A stretch of 63,837 bases of DNA, the filler included, from Lenisia limosa (taxonomy: Eukaryota > Protista > Breviatea): the NCBI GenBank assembly GCA_001655205.1. It is 13 parts of 13 records of this genome, joined end to end, with 100 filler letters (N's around TTAATTAATTAA, not from the genome) between each part and the next. Parts side by side here need not be neighbours in the genome. Positions count along the whole stretch, not along the records: positions 43,785 to 52,559 come from LPNZ01007743.1; positions 52,660 to 53,863 come from LPNZ01002179.1; positions 53,964 to 56,452 come from LPNZ01009816.1; positions 56,553 to 57,791 come from LPNZ01003959.1; positions 57,892 to 58,990 come from LPNZ01004262.1; positions 59,091 to 60,173 come from LPNZ01001103.1; positions 60,274 to 63,837 come from LPNZ01011039.1; 6 more parts are not named here. The stretch is one strand, 5' to 3'. Positions within the stretch are counted from its first letter, which is position 1. Each line of letters begins with the position of its first letter. Below are positions 50,001 through 61,911 of the stretch, one piece after another. A model generated the notes under the pieces. It was given only the letters and a program-made list of their open reading frames with translations, did not search any database and was not told where the DNA came from. Made by a program: the position numbers and the translations under genes.

Positions 50001-52488
50001 ATTTCGTGCCAACAAGCCCATCATCCTAACGCCACCGTTCTGCCACCAGCCGCCTACGAGGGGTGGAACTGCTCAAGGTGGGGGGTAAACTATGATTAGG
50101 GCTTCACTTCGGTAACATAAAGACTGGGAAAATATCGATAGCTTTCGAGGATATATCGAGGAATTCAGTCTTTTTTTGAACCGAAGTGAATCCCTAACTA
50201 TAATACAATAATTAAAAATATATGATAAACATGATGGTATGGATGGCTTCTGCCAGATACAACCTTGTTTAATCTATCATCTCTAAGAAAAATTTTTGAA
50301 GTTATTGTAGCTTTCTCTATCACCCCTCGATCAAATAACATGCTCTCTCCCTCCAGGGACTATGGTGCCTACTTCACCTGCTCCCGCCTTGTTGGCAATG
50401 TGACTGAAGAAGTAACTCGAATCATTGGAAACGTTACGCTCAGTCGCACAGCCGATATGAGCCTCAACTCTACTGATGGTGAGTGTATGTATCCCTTTCA
50501 CTTCGGTTCGAAAAAGAAGGAATTTCTCAATAAATCTTCGAAAATTATATCTAGTTTACCGGTCTTTGTCGAACCGAAGTGAAGCCCTAGCTGTAGTCTA
50601 GTCTACAGTGACTGGGATAAGTCTTGACCTATGTTACTATCACATAGAAAATCGGTCAAGTCTAATCCCGGTCACTGTATTTATGCACCTTTATCTCTAC
50701 CCTCTTTATTATATGATCATATATTCTCCATTGCCTTTGTCATCTTCTCCTTCTTGACGCCTTCTCTTTTCTCTTTTGGTTCATGCTCAGTTCCTTTACG
50801 CTAGTATTCATGTAAATTTCCTTTATTCAGCCAATAACAAATTTTTACTCAACTTAATTGTTGTTGGGCTTTGTGTCTTTCATTAGTTTTCCTATTTTAC
50901 CCCCCNNNNNNNNNNNNNNNNNNNNNNNNNNNNNNNNNNNNNNNNNNNNNNNNNNNNNNNNNNNNNNNNNNNNNNNNNNNNNNNNCAGGAGGCTTGACGC
51001 TCCCAAACTCTGCCCTTATTTTAACCAGGTGTGTGTGGTGCTTCACTTCGGTTCAAAAAAATGTCTTAATTTACCAATAATGCCTCGACATTCTTCAAAT
51101 AAGTTGTCGAGGCATTATCGATGAATTCAGTCTATTTTTTGAACCGAAATGACTATTCTACTTTGCACTAAACCCAGAATCCCCCATTTCATTCGAAATT
51201 ATCTCTAGTTAATCATTTTAGATTACCCACACCCACATATTCCATAGTTAATCATTTTAGACTGAGTACAATCTCTGTATGTACACGTGTGCCATTCCAA
51301 CGTCCCCCATGTTTTCGAGTCATCCATGCCCGGAGGTTTGTGGCCTGAAAAAAAACGTAGTCCTTGAAGGGTCTTATTGTCTTGGAGTTGGTTTTTGAGA
51401 GAATTTTATTATCTGTGGATACACTTCGGTTCGAAAAAAGACTTAATTTTTCTATAAATCCTCGGAAACTATCTTTTACTGGTATTTTTTGAACCAAAGA
51501 AGCCCTACTTAGGATACAACATTGGGTTTTTTTTAAAACCACCCTCCCCCATTCTTTGTATAACACCCCTCTCCTCAGGGTCAAGAGCCAGACTACTCCA
51601 CACCCGGGCAATGCAAAGACGCGGACTTTGCCCTTCTCGGCAGTTTGTTCGGCAAAGCCACTTGTCCCAATTCCGGGTCTATTGTTGTGCCTCAAGGTGC
51701 TAGCTACACCTGCGGGTGTTTGCCAGGTGGGAGGGGCTTCACTTTGGTTCGAACAAGACTGGTAAAATATCGATGATTTTCGAAGATTTATCGAGAAATT
51801 CAGTTCGAACGGAAGTGAAGTACTTTGACAGAGTAATCCCATAATCGTCCCACTCCTTTAACTCTTGTAGCTTCCAATTATACCCCCCTCTCCCCCATAA
51901 GTCCCATCGTAATTCCCCCGTAACACCCTGCAGGTTCCATCGGCCATGACGGAGTGTGCATCGACAGACAGGAATGTGCTGAGGCCACTGTCTGTACCCC
52001 CAACGGACGCTGTATCGAGGAGAAGCATACTGGTGAGAAGGACCAGGCCAGAATCCTAAGTCGGATTTTTGGGTCTTAAGTCGGAGTTTAGGCCAAAAAC
52101 CGACTTAAGCTTAATTTTTATTATCGTTATTTTGAGTTAAAAATTGAAAACGGTAGTGTAAATTTGCTTTCAAAATAGATAAAAATTAGTAATAGGAGAA
52201 ATATAGTGGGAAAGGGACTAAGATGGGAATAAATGAAGAAAACTATTTTCATCATAATTGTTCAATCGAATTGATCGCGATAACTTCAGTAGTAATGTAT
52301 CACCTTACTGTAGTATTGCGTCTCTTTGAAATTGGCTTTTTTGCCACTGTTAAACCATCTTTTCTGATCAACAATATTTCATTCCATCTTGAACACTTTT
52401 TAAAATCAGCTAATTATTGAAATAGCTTTTGACTTACACAGGTTTCTCGTGTCACTGCGATCCTGGTTACGCCTATACCCCTGGGCAG
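44096..52488 (+). CDS. Large extracellular multi-EGF / calcium-binding-EGF repeat protein (both ends cut by contig gaps)
   Basis: IDECTEEFNYGNC, CYCNEGYG, CPSNAYCVNTE, CNTGYIEVNGEC..NPC, AICTDTGPGTYSCAC, CVDIDHC, CSCPYGLELVSDGVC, CTCFEGFSHNGTDC, GYSCLCDEGF, ECAEATVCTPNGRCIE, GFSCHCDPGY; many NxS/T sites. Confidence 0.88.
50097..50196. mobile_element. Family A hAT-type MITE copy
   Basis: 100 bp, TIRs; flanks actatgat / actataat (7/8). Confidence 0.88.
50606..50677. mobile_element. Family D 72-bp Tc1/mariner(pogo)-type MITE with TA TSD
   Basis: ta|CAGTGACTGGGATAAGTCTTGACC ... GGTCAAGTCTAATCCCGGTCACTG|ta; related copies at ~38412-38490, ~48715-48790, ~63267. Confidence 0.8.
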
Positions 52489-52861
52489 GTTGGAGGGTTG
52501 TTTTGAAATTGATAATACAGTATTAATTTGATTTTGCGGATTTCCGTTAAGGGTTTGTTNNNNNNNNNNNNNNNNNNNNNNNNNNNNNNNNNNNNNNNNN
52601 NNNTTAATTAATTAANNNNNNNNNNNNNNNNNNNNNNNNNNNNNNNNNNNNNNNNNNNNGGGGGGGGGGGGGGGAGTAAAATTGGAAAATTTATGAAACA
52701 AACAAACAAAAAAAGCCCAAAATCAACTCTGTTGGTTGACAACACACGAGGGTTGAGAACAACAAAACAAACAAAGGGCGCGTGGGGAGGGTTGAGGGGT
52801 GAAATCGAAAAAGTTATGAAGGATATAATGAAACATTATTGTATACCAGCCTGTCATACCA

Positions 52862-53863
52862 TCACTGTTTTGGCGTTACCTCCCAAGGATTCCGTCAGCA
52901 AACTAAACGGTGAAAACCCCGCATAATTCACATCATAGGGTAATCCAATTTGGACTGGGCGTCTCTAAATTAAAAAAAGAAGTCTAGTGATACTTGAACA
53001 CATTGACACCTTATTGGTACTATATACTACATGTACATCAGGCTAAATGGAGGCCCTATATGATTCATATGGTAGAAATCATAAACGTTGAAAAAGTCAT
53101 CATAAACAAAACAAAAAATACAAAGAGGGGTCATCGTCATATAAAACCTATATGATACATTATATTTTTGGCTCAACCCTACCTCCCCTACCCTCATATA
53201 AACACAGCATTTTGACCCCGCCCCCCCTTATTATACGTTTTATATTTATGTAATATACGTTTCTGAAAAATAAAGTTGAAATTTTCCAAAAATCAAGAGC
53301 AAAACAAATCGTGAAAAGACGTTTGCAGAGCCGTGTTAGATCTCAGATGTTCAACACTGCTTCGTCAACAGTCAGCGGTTTACTGTATATTATATTATAT
53401 GATATGATATGATATGTATATCGATACATTTAATTAGAACCATCACGATGACAAGAAGATAAAGTCCCACTAAGTAAGGGTGGAGTCTCTGTAAGGAAGG
53501 AACACCTTCTTCTTTTTTCCGCTTCCAAGATCTGCCAGTCCACTACATAGTAAAAACAGCAGGCGCTACAATGTGCTGATATGTGTGAGGTACTATAGAA
53601 GCTACAAATAGCTATAATATTTTTGTTCTTTAATTAATACAATGTAAACAGTTATTAACAATGATAATACTCACAAATGAACCAGATAAACACAGGTTAA
53701 ATAAATGTCCTAATATGAAGCTCCAATGAAGTACCAACCTGATAACCAGGCCCAGCGTGGTGAGGCTCTTGTTGATGAAGCATGATTCCTTGAACTGCGC
53801 ACCTTTGGAGCCTGTCTGCTTCTGTCGCTCACTACCGGCAAGGTCCACCAGCGATATCTGCGG
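52862..53863 (-). CDS. Kinesin motor-domain fragment (kinesin-3-like)
   Basis: [40 protein letters not shown]; [16 protein letters not shown]; [14 protein letters not shown]. Confidence 0.9.
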
Positions 53864-53989
53864 NNNNNNNNNNNNNNNNNNNNNNNNNNNNNNNNNNNNN
53901 NNNNNNNTTAATTAATTAANNNNNNNNNNNNNNNNNNNNNNNNNNNNNNNNNNNNNNNNNNNNAAAATTTCCAATCTAAGAACCTGCTA

Positions 53990-56360
53990 TTCACCCCCTC
54001 CGCCAAACCTGGCGTTGTGCACCAGGGAATTTCCTACGTCCCATGGGGTCTCGTGGCGACTGTATTGTGTTAATATTTCTTGAAGAATTATTATGATTCC
54101 GTGCAATTAGTTTTTTGAAGAATTGACAAAATTTGAAATTGAAGACTCTGAAATGGAGTTAGGGGAAGACAGGGATAACTACCATATAAATAATCAATAG
54201 TATAATAAACATATTTTATATATGCATATTATACTATACCACAAAGATTAGAAATAAGGTATCTCTCTATGATCCTATAGACTTGACTGCCAAAAACAAA
54301 AAAGCAGTTTCCTCTTACTCACCTTCTAAAGTACTCAGGTGGTCCGGGGTAATATTCCTTGACCGTCACACTTCGTGTTGTCCAATAAGACTGAAATGGT
54401 CAAAAAAAGGACGGATGGATTTGTTTGTAAGTAGAAGTGAGTGATAAAAGGTTATATCTGGCCGAAGCCGTCCNNNNNNNNNNNNNNNNNNNNNNNNNNN
54501 NNNNNNNNNNNNNNNNNNNNNNNNNNNNNNNNNNNNNNNNNNNNNNNNNNNNNNNNNNNNNNNNNNNNNNTCATTTGTCTTAAATCTCTGTGCACACGGC
54601 TTTCTGAGTGTATATCATGTATAAATATGATATCAATCATTCCATCAATCCCCCCACCAAACAATGTCGATTGTGGTCTTTTTTTGTGTTGCATAAATGT
54701 CCAGTTTTACTCACCCCCTCCCCCATACCTCATATTCGGAATTAAACACGTCAGATGACAAAAGAAGGCCTTGATGAAGGTCATTGAGATTGGCGATGTC
54801 CTTCACTAATTCAGCCTGGTCAATCTTGAAGCCGGTCGCATTGAGCATCTGGGGGGAGCGGGAGTAAGGGAGCAGGATCTTAGATTGGAAATAAACTAGA
54901 GCTTGACAGAATTTCACGATAAATCCTCGATATACTTCGATAACTTACCGATCATTTTCGTACCGAGGTGAAGCCCAATTCAATGACACTCTCTCTTATT
55001 ACCCCCTTCGCTTAAGAATGCTCTCTCCCCTATTCACCACGCTATTTATTAGAAAGAAAAAAGAAATTCCANNNNNNNNNNNNNNNNNNNNNNNNNNNNN
55101 NNNNNNNNNNNNNNNNNNNNNNNNNNNNNNNNNNNNNNNNNNNNNGGGTCAACGCCGCGCGCTCAGTGGCGTCACTACTCGCGTCCAGGCTGGATAGGGG
55201 GTCATATGGCAAGGTGATTATTGTTGGTAAAGTTATATTATTATTGAGGGATCGGGCGGGGAAATTGGGGGTGGAAGTAAAATGAGAAAAATATAGTGGG
55301 CTCATCTAAAAAGGGGGTGGCAGCATCTGTAGTTATAACACCCCCCTTCTTATCATTATATCCCCCGCGCACCCGTCAATATGAAGGTTGCCGATGCCCT
55401 GAAGAACGGCAAAGTAAATAACCTGCAGCAGCAGAAGAGAAACCACCATTGCAAGAACAGTTTTGGAGAGAAGCTAGGGGGGGTATTGATGAAACAAAAA
55501 AAACTCAAAATCAGGTAAAATTGGGCAAATTATTGAAACAAAAATCACTACTCACATTGAGAATGTTGGCTTAACAATACCCCCAACCTTGACGGCAGTA
55601 CTCCTTCTGTTGAGGATGTTGGCGCGGTAGCGATTGCTTCGGCTGTTGATCCTGAATATGTTATATAGAGGACTTCGTTTCGGTTCAAAAACACCTGTAA
55701 AAAATCAATAATTTTCAAAGATCTATCGAGAAATTCAGTCTTTTTTTCGAACTGAAGGGAAGCCCTAGTTATACATGACTGGTCCTGAAACGATGGATGA
55801 TCGATGGACGAAAATATTAAAAATAGATTTCAATAGATTAACATAGAATACCCATATACATGTGTATATGATATTCATATTATCCTTACATATTATCAAG
55901 TAATATTTAAAATAAAAAACCGACTTGATAAAAACAAAAAAAATAAGTCATTTCGAAGTCAACTTGGTTGAAACAAAAGAGTATAAAATTTTACCAAGCA
56001 AACATGGTACAACTACTTTGCATTTCTAGGTTACCTATGAATACAGAATAACACAGAGATAACACAGAGCAATAATCAAACACAGCGTAATACACAATTA
56101 CCCACAACAACACAAAGCCCCTTCAACCCCCATCGCTTGGGATTGTATGATACGGGTTTTGCATAAAACGAGCCTGATAATAACTGCACTTTGGAGCATC
56201 GACATGGGATTCTTACGAAAAGGTTGAAACTTCCATTCTTTACATGGGAATTACATTGGAATCCCATGGGTTTTGATGGAAATCCGAACACATTTATGGG
56301 ATTGCCAAATGATATAAGAGAATCCCAAGTCCATGCGCCGTAATGTGAGGAAACCAACTT
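53990..56360 (-). CDS. Multi-exon membrane-protein fragment (weak resemblance to TmcB/PAS-type sensory membrane proteins)
   Basis: INSRSNRYRANILNRRSTAVK / LLSKTVLAMVVSLLLLQVIYFAVLQGIGNLHIDG (TM) / MLNATGFKIDQAELVKDIANLNDLHQGLLLSSD / SYWTTRSVTVKEYYPGPPEYFR / ETPWDVGNSLVHNAR. Family call is weak inference. Confidence 0.45.
55668..55767. mobile_element. Family A hAT-type MITE copy
   Basis: 100 bp, diverged TIRs; flanks gttatata / gttataca (7/8). Further decayed copies near 21400, 22135, 22985, 23146, 24985, 26690, 26895, 37917, 44725, 48262, 49370, 50490, 51037, 51420, 51730, 54905, 57630, 58792. Confidence 0.8.
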
Positions 56361-56666
56361 GGTATAGCTGCTTTGCCCCTTCGAATAGCTGTGTTTAGAC
56401 CCGCCATCGCTTCCGGCGTCCGACGTGTCAGGAACCCAGGGTGAGGGCGATGNNNNNNNNNNNNNNNNNNNNNNNNNNNNNNNNNNNNNNNNNNNNTTAA
56501 TTAATTAANNNNNNNNNNNNNNNNNNNNNNNNNNNNNNNNNNNNNNNNNNNNGGGTTATGGTGGACAAGAAAAATGACCAAGCGTCTTATTTCAACATGT
56601 GATATCTCAAGTTTTTGTTTCTCTCTTTTGTCTATTAATTCAATAACAGCATTTTACTCCCCGCAG

Positions 56667-57488
56667 GTTTGGCGGCAGGAGGAGGACGGACGCTTGAACG
56701 ATGATGAGGAAGAAGAAGAGGGGGAAAACCTTCTTGACACTCCTGTTGTCAAGAAAACCAAATGTGAGTTTTTGAGATCAAGATAAATATGTACAGTAAC
56801 AGCAATAAGTCCTCACAGAGTTGACTAAAGATAAAGCTCACTATCCGTTTCAGAACATCGCGGTACTGTACATATAAAATAACACATGGGGACAACCCAC
56901 GCGCGTATTATTGCTTGTCTAATTTTGCTTCATATTACCAATCTGTTTGAAATATGGGAGGGATTGGGCTCATATGTATTATATAAAGCCTCATATTTAT
57001 TATAATTCCACTATTTTAAGCCTCAATTAATCCTCCTTAATATCATATGTTATTATTCCGGTATTTATATAAAGCCCTGATCCTGATATGCATCAGCCCG
57101 GGATTTCCCCCTCATCCACTCAGGTGCGGCTATAAGATCAGTGGCAATACACAAGGGCATTCTCTACTGCGGAACTTCAGTGGGAGGAGGGCTGTTGCTT
57201 CTTTTTGACATAAAACTAGGGCTCCGTGTGGTAAATTTTTTGAGGAAATTAATTGATAAAGTTAGAAATCAAAGTGTCTGGAATAGGGTTCTCGTTACAA
57301 TATGTTGTTCGAATATTGAAATTATTTTTTCAACATAAATCCCTTCCTGTTTGCCTCTGAATCATCACTTTCCAATATTTACGATATTAGCGAGCCTCCA
57401 TTTTCAAAATAGTCGAGGCAGGCGCGGGCTACAAAGTTGACCGTTTACTCTCTTCGCACTATAAGGGCGAATTATGGGGTCTTGCTGT
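56667..57488 (+). CDS. WD40 protein fragment, EML (EMAP-like) type
   Basis: GAAIRSVAIHKGILYCGTS; LLSSHYKGELWGLA resembles the EML GHxxELWGLA motif. Confidence 0.55.
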
Positions 57489-58041
57489 ANNNNNNNNNNN
57501 NNNNNNNNNNNNNNNNNNNNNNNNNNNNNNNNNNNNNNNNNNNNNNNNNNNNNNNNNNNNNNNNNNNNNNNNNNNNNNNNNNNNNNNNNNNNNNNNNNNN
57601 NNNNNNNNNNNNNNNNNNNNNNNNNNNATATTGTTAGTTTTCGAGGATTTATCGAGAAATTCTGGCTTTTTTTAAAACCGAAGTGAATCCCTAACTGTGG
57701 GAGTGTGTTCTCTTTATCATTTGAGTTGGTGAAGAACAAGAATATTCAATTAACATCGTCACCTTTCTCTCCCAGATTCAATATGTACCCGNNNNNNNNN
57801 NNNNNNNNNNNNNNNNNNNNNNNNNNNNNNNNNNNTTAATTAATTAANNNNNNNNNNNNNNNNNNNNNNNNNNNNNNNNNNNNNNNNNNNNAAAAAATAA
57901 TTTACCTAAATAGGGTATATTTTACCCGATTTCTGCGGCCTAGCATATGTATGAATAAAGCTCAAACTTCTTCACACCCTCAATCTCTCAAATAGTATAT
58001 AGTATATAAATTTTTATATATATATATATATATGACCCCCC

Positions 58042-58990
58042 AGGTTGCCTCAATCGCTTCTTCTCAGAAGCAGCCTGGTACCCGCAGCTCTCTCGAAATT
58101 AACGTAAGCCCACTTTGTGGAACCTTAACAGAAACAATTAAATTAAATCATGTAGTGTCCAGTGCCCATTTATCTGGGTTTTTTCAAGAATAAGGCAAAT
58201 CACAATTTTATAAACTACATTAGATTCACAGTCACATTAATACCTCTTCTTTCTTTGCGTTCAGCATAACCCACTTTCATTAAAAGAGAGACCTCTTAAA
58301 TGAGAAAGTCATTTTCTCCTCAGAAAGATCTGTCAAGACTTGTTACAGTCACCATATTTCTGAGGCATCAATTTTCTAATCTTTCAGTATGAGCCTCATA
58401 ATCCCGAACCAACACCCAAATCTGCCTATGGTATTCCAGGGCTACTGTGCACAACTTTGGTCTAATACCATAACCATATCATATCGTAAACGTGATAGAG
58501 TTGACAGCTTTGTCCTGGTTCTATATCTTTAAAATGACACTGTGTGGACGGTTTTGGTCAGATATTCGACTCAGTATCGCTTATAACGTGATGATGTTTT
58601 CAAGAATCTTCCTCTTGCATTGACCGCTCCAGCTGGTTTCAACGNNNNNNNNNNNNNNNNNNNNNNNNNNNNNNNNNNNNNNNNNNNNNNNNNNNNNNNN
58701 NNNNNNNNNNNNNNNNNNNNNNNNNNNNNNNNNNTTTTGTTGTTTTTTTTTTGTGTTAAGTCGTTTTTTTATTCTTATTCTTATTATTTTTGAACTTCGG
58801 TAACTGCTCTCCTCGATAAATCCTCGAAAATTATCGATATTTAACTAGTATTGTTCGAACCGAAGTGAAGCCCTACTTCTAATGCCTCCAGAGAGTGCCT
58901 GGTTGTAGTGTACAAGAACTACCACTTCGACGTGTGGATTCTGCCTGATATGAAACTTCTGACTTGTGCTGACAAATCTGCTACTTCCGT
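58042..58990 (+). CDS. Isolated exon fragments on a small contig
   Basis: ccAG|VASIASSQKQPGTRSSLEIN|gtaagc; ccAG|RECLVVVYKNYHFDVWILPDMKLLTCADKS. Confidence 0.35.
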
Positions 58991-59110
58991 NNNNNNNNNN
59001 NNNNNNNNNNNNNNNNNNNNNNNNNNNNNNNNNNTTAATTAATTAANNNNNNNNNNNNNNNNNNNNNNNNNNNNNNNNNNNNNNNNNNNNCCAAAGAAAA
59101 AAAACTTGAC

Positions 59111-59152
<42 letters not shown>

Positions 59153-59359
59153 CGTAAATAAAAAAGCATTTCGATGGAAAATATTGGGGAGGGGAGGAGA
59201 AGTGCATGGAATAATAAAGCTCCAATCCCCCTCCCCTCTCACAAATATGAGCTATCAGAAAAACAAGTAAGAGAGGTGGAAGTACTGTGAAATACTCCCC
59301 TCTTACATTCACATAAAGAAATACTCCCCCTCACATAAAGTAATAATGCTTGAAATGCT

Positions 59360-60135
59360 CAGGGCTGTGGATTGGCAACACACATCGAGACGAGACGATC
59401 GACCTGGGAGCAATTATATCGAAATACAAAGAAAACAGTTTGAATACATATTATTATAAGACTTCCATGGAAAACAAAGATTTATATGGGTAAAATTGGA
59501 AAATTTATGACACAAAAAAAAAACCCCAAAATCAACTCTGTTGGCTGACAACACAAATTAGAAACTGTATGAAGGGGAAGAGAATTGTGTTTGAAGATGG
59601 TGATAGTTATACGAGTCTCATTGAGAAGATAAAGGTTGTGACATCATTTTATTATCATAGAGCTGTATGATTTACACTATAGACTATGCATATCATATGA
59701 TATGTCAATAATATTCCATTTTTACCTCACCCACGAATGACTTGAGCAAGGACTTGTCGGGGGAGAATGGCATGTGGTTCGTTGGTGGTTCCTGAGGGCT
59801 GTCCTATGCAGACGACTTTTCCGCCTTCGATGGCTGGGGAGTGAGATTGCCTTGTTATTAATTCGGATTTTCCAAAGAACGAAGACCCATGCAACAATTG
59901 TTATTTCACATTTTAATAAACCAGCTGTTGCGTAAGTCAACCCCCCATATATATTACATATAAATAAGAAATAAAACAAGGTTGTATCTAATATATTAAT
60001 TCACCCAATCATTTGCCTTACAACTCTGTGCACACAACACAGCTTTCTGCGTCTTCCCAGCAACTAATACCCCCAACCAGTGGTAATTGCACGTGTCAGC
60101 AGAGTGTCAATATCTACGCAGTAGAAGTCCTGGGA
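59360..60135 (-). CDS. Isolated exon fragments on a small contig
   Basis: cccAG|DFYCVDIDTLLTRAITT|gttggg; PAIEGGKVVCIGQPSGTTNEPHAILPRQVLAQVI|gtgggt. Confidence 0.35.
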
Positions 60136-61911
60136 GAATAAGGGGGGGGGGAGTAAAATTGGAAATTTATGACNNNNNNNNNNNNNNNNNNNNNNNNNNN
60201 NNNNNNNNNNNNNNNNNTTAATTAATTAANNNNNNNNNNNNNNNNNNNNNNNNNNNNNNNNNNNNNNNNNNNNTTGAATAAAATGTTTTTATTTAGTCCT
60301 GACATGATTGACTAAAGATAAAGTTTAATATCCGGATCACAACTTATCGCTGTCAGTGTGTTTTTACATATCACGTAATGTCTGTATAATATATTAAAGT
60401 GTTTGAATATAGTTTTTCGATATATTTGCTCCAAAACAGGAGCCCACCAGAAGCCTTGTGACACCGGAGTCTCGTCTGACTTGGCCAGTGGCGAAATCTC
60501 GAGGGAAAGTGGCATGCAGTCGTAGAGCACGTTACAAGGCTTTGCCTGGGGGGGGGGGGGGNNNNNNNNNNNNNNNNNNNNNNNNNNNNNNNNNNNNNNN
60601 NNNNNNNNNNNNNNNNNNNNNNNNNNNNNNNNNNNNNNNNNNNNNNNNNNNNNNNNNNNNNNNNNNNCCCAAGCCAGTCGCTTCTGAAGCACCGCATCCC
60701 ATCACTCCAGCGTACGGTAAAATATATTTTTGACAGGAAAATAAAATAAACAACCCAAGAAATGGACACAGTATGAAACAGTTACGAACAAATGTGAAAT
60801 AACTACAAAGGCCTCAAAAACAACACACTTGTTACATTCTATTTGTACTTTCCTTCCTTCCAAGGACACCAGAATGGTCACATTTGGTATATAAGAAATG
60901 GGAAATAAAAGAAGGTTGTATCAGGCCGAAGCCGTCCACAACATCACGCTTATAAGGAGATACTGGATTATTTTCACGTATGATATGAAAAATGATCTCA
61001 GGCGGTATCGAACCGAAAGGGGTTATATCGCGCTCAAAGAGGGACACTCAAAACACAACCATCAAAATTTAAGAAAAAAAAAGTATCAAATGCATTAGAT
61101 GTAGTCATAATATAAACCGGACCAACATAATGCACCCAAATAAACTAAAGTCCAACGAAACAGCCCAAGAACCTTGACACTATTCTCTCCTTTGATGGTT
61201 TTGGCACAGATCGGGTCGGGATAATTGCTTTCAGGATGTCCTGCTATGCCTTCTCTGAATTGTTAGAGTGGTTTCATGGGAAGAATGCAGAAAAGACTCC
61301 ATTTAAGCTGTTCATAAGACCACGACAGGATCAAGAAAAGTTCTATTTTAATATTTATCACGATCACCAGGTCAATATAGCTACCTCTCACATTCGAATC
61401 GATAGCAAGACAAGATACCAGAGTAGACTGAAGAAGGACACCCTAAGAAAAGCAGCCATCATCGAGAGGGGAAGCTGTGACCGGCGCTAGTTCTGCACAA
61501 TTTGAATTTATTGGTTAAAATTTGATTCGAAAATGCAAAGGCGGTGCTGAAATGAAGGCAAGGGAGCCGAAACAAAGGGATCTTTGTTTCTGTTTTATTA
61601 TTATCTTGTATTCTGACACGCAAAGGGTTCAAAGGTTCAAGGAGTTTTTATTTAGGGTATTTATGCGTATTTTTGATCATCCCCTGCTCCAAGAAATGGT
61701 TTTTATATGTTACTTCTTGGACTGCGTTATCCCAGTAATTTTAGATAGAAAAGTTCAATTCGCCCTAATTTGCTCAAGTTCTAAAAACTGCCAAATTAGT
61801 AGCATATTAGTAGAATAGTGACCAAATACATTAGTATGATAAATTGGACGTGTCTTCTTGAAGATTAACTTTTGATTTAAGGCCACTCTAAGACCCTTCT
61901 AAGTCTCCAAC

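Noticed and set aside
49563-50024. 153-aa minus-strand ORF with SNV repeats
   Set aside because: Product of an intronic (acattacta)n repeat plus the antisense of an EGF-gene exon.
19488-60229. Regularly recurring palindrome TTAATTAATTAA between N runs, resembling a spaced-repeat array
   Set aside because: Always exactly 44 N + 12 nt + 44 N with six-frame stops: a contig-joining linker, not biology. It also means cross-gap synteny (e.g. VPS25 with 34656, EGF gene with kinesin) cannot be interpreted.
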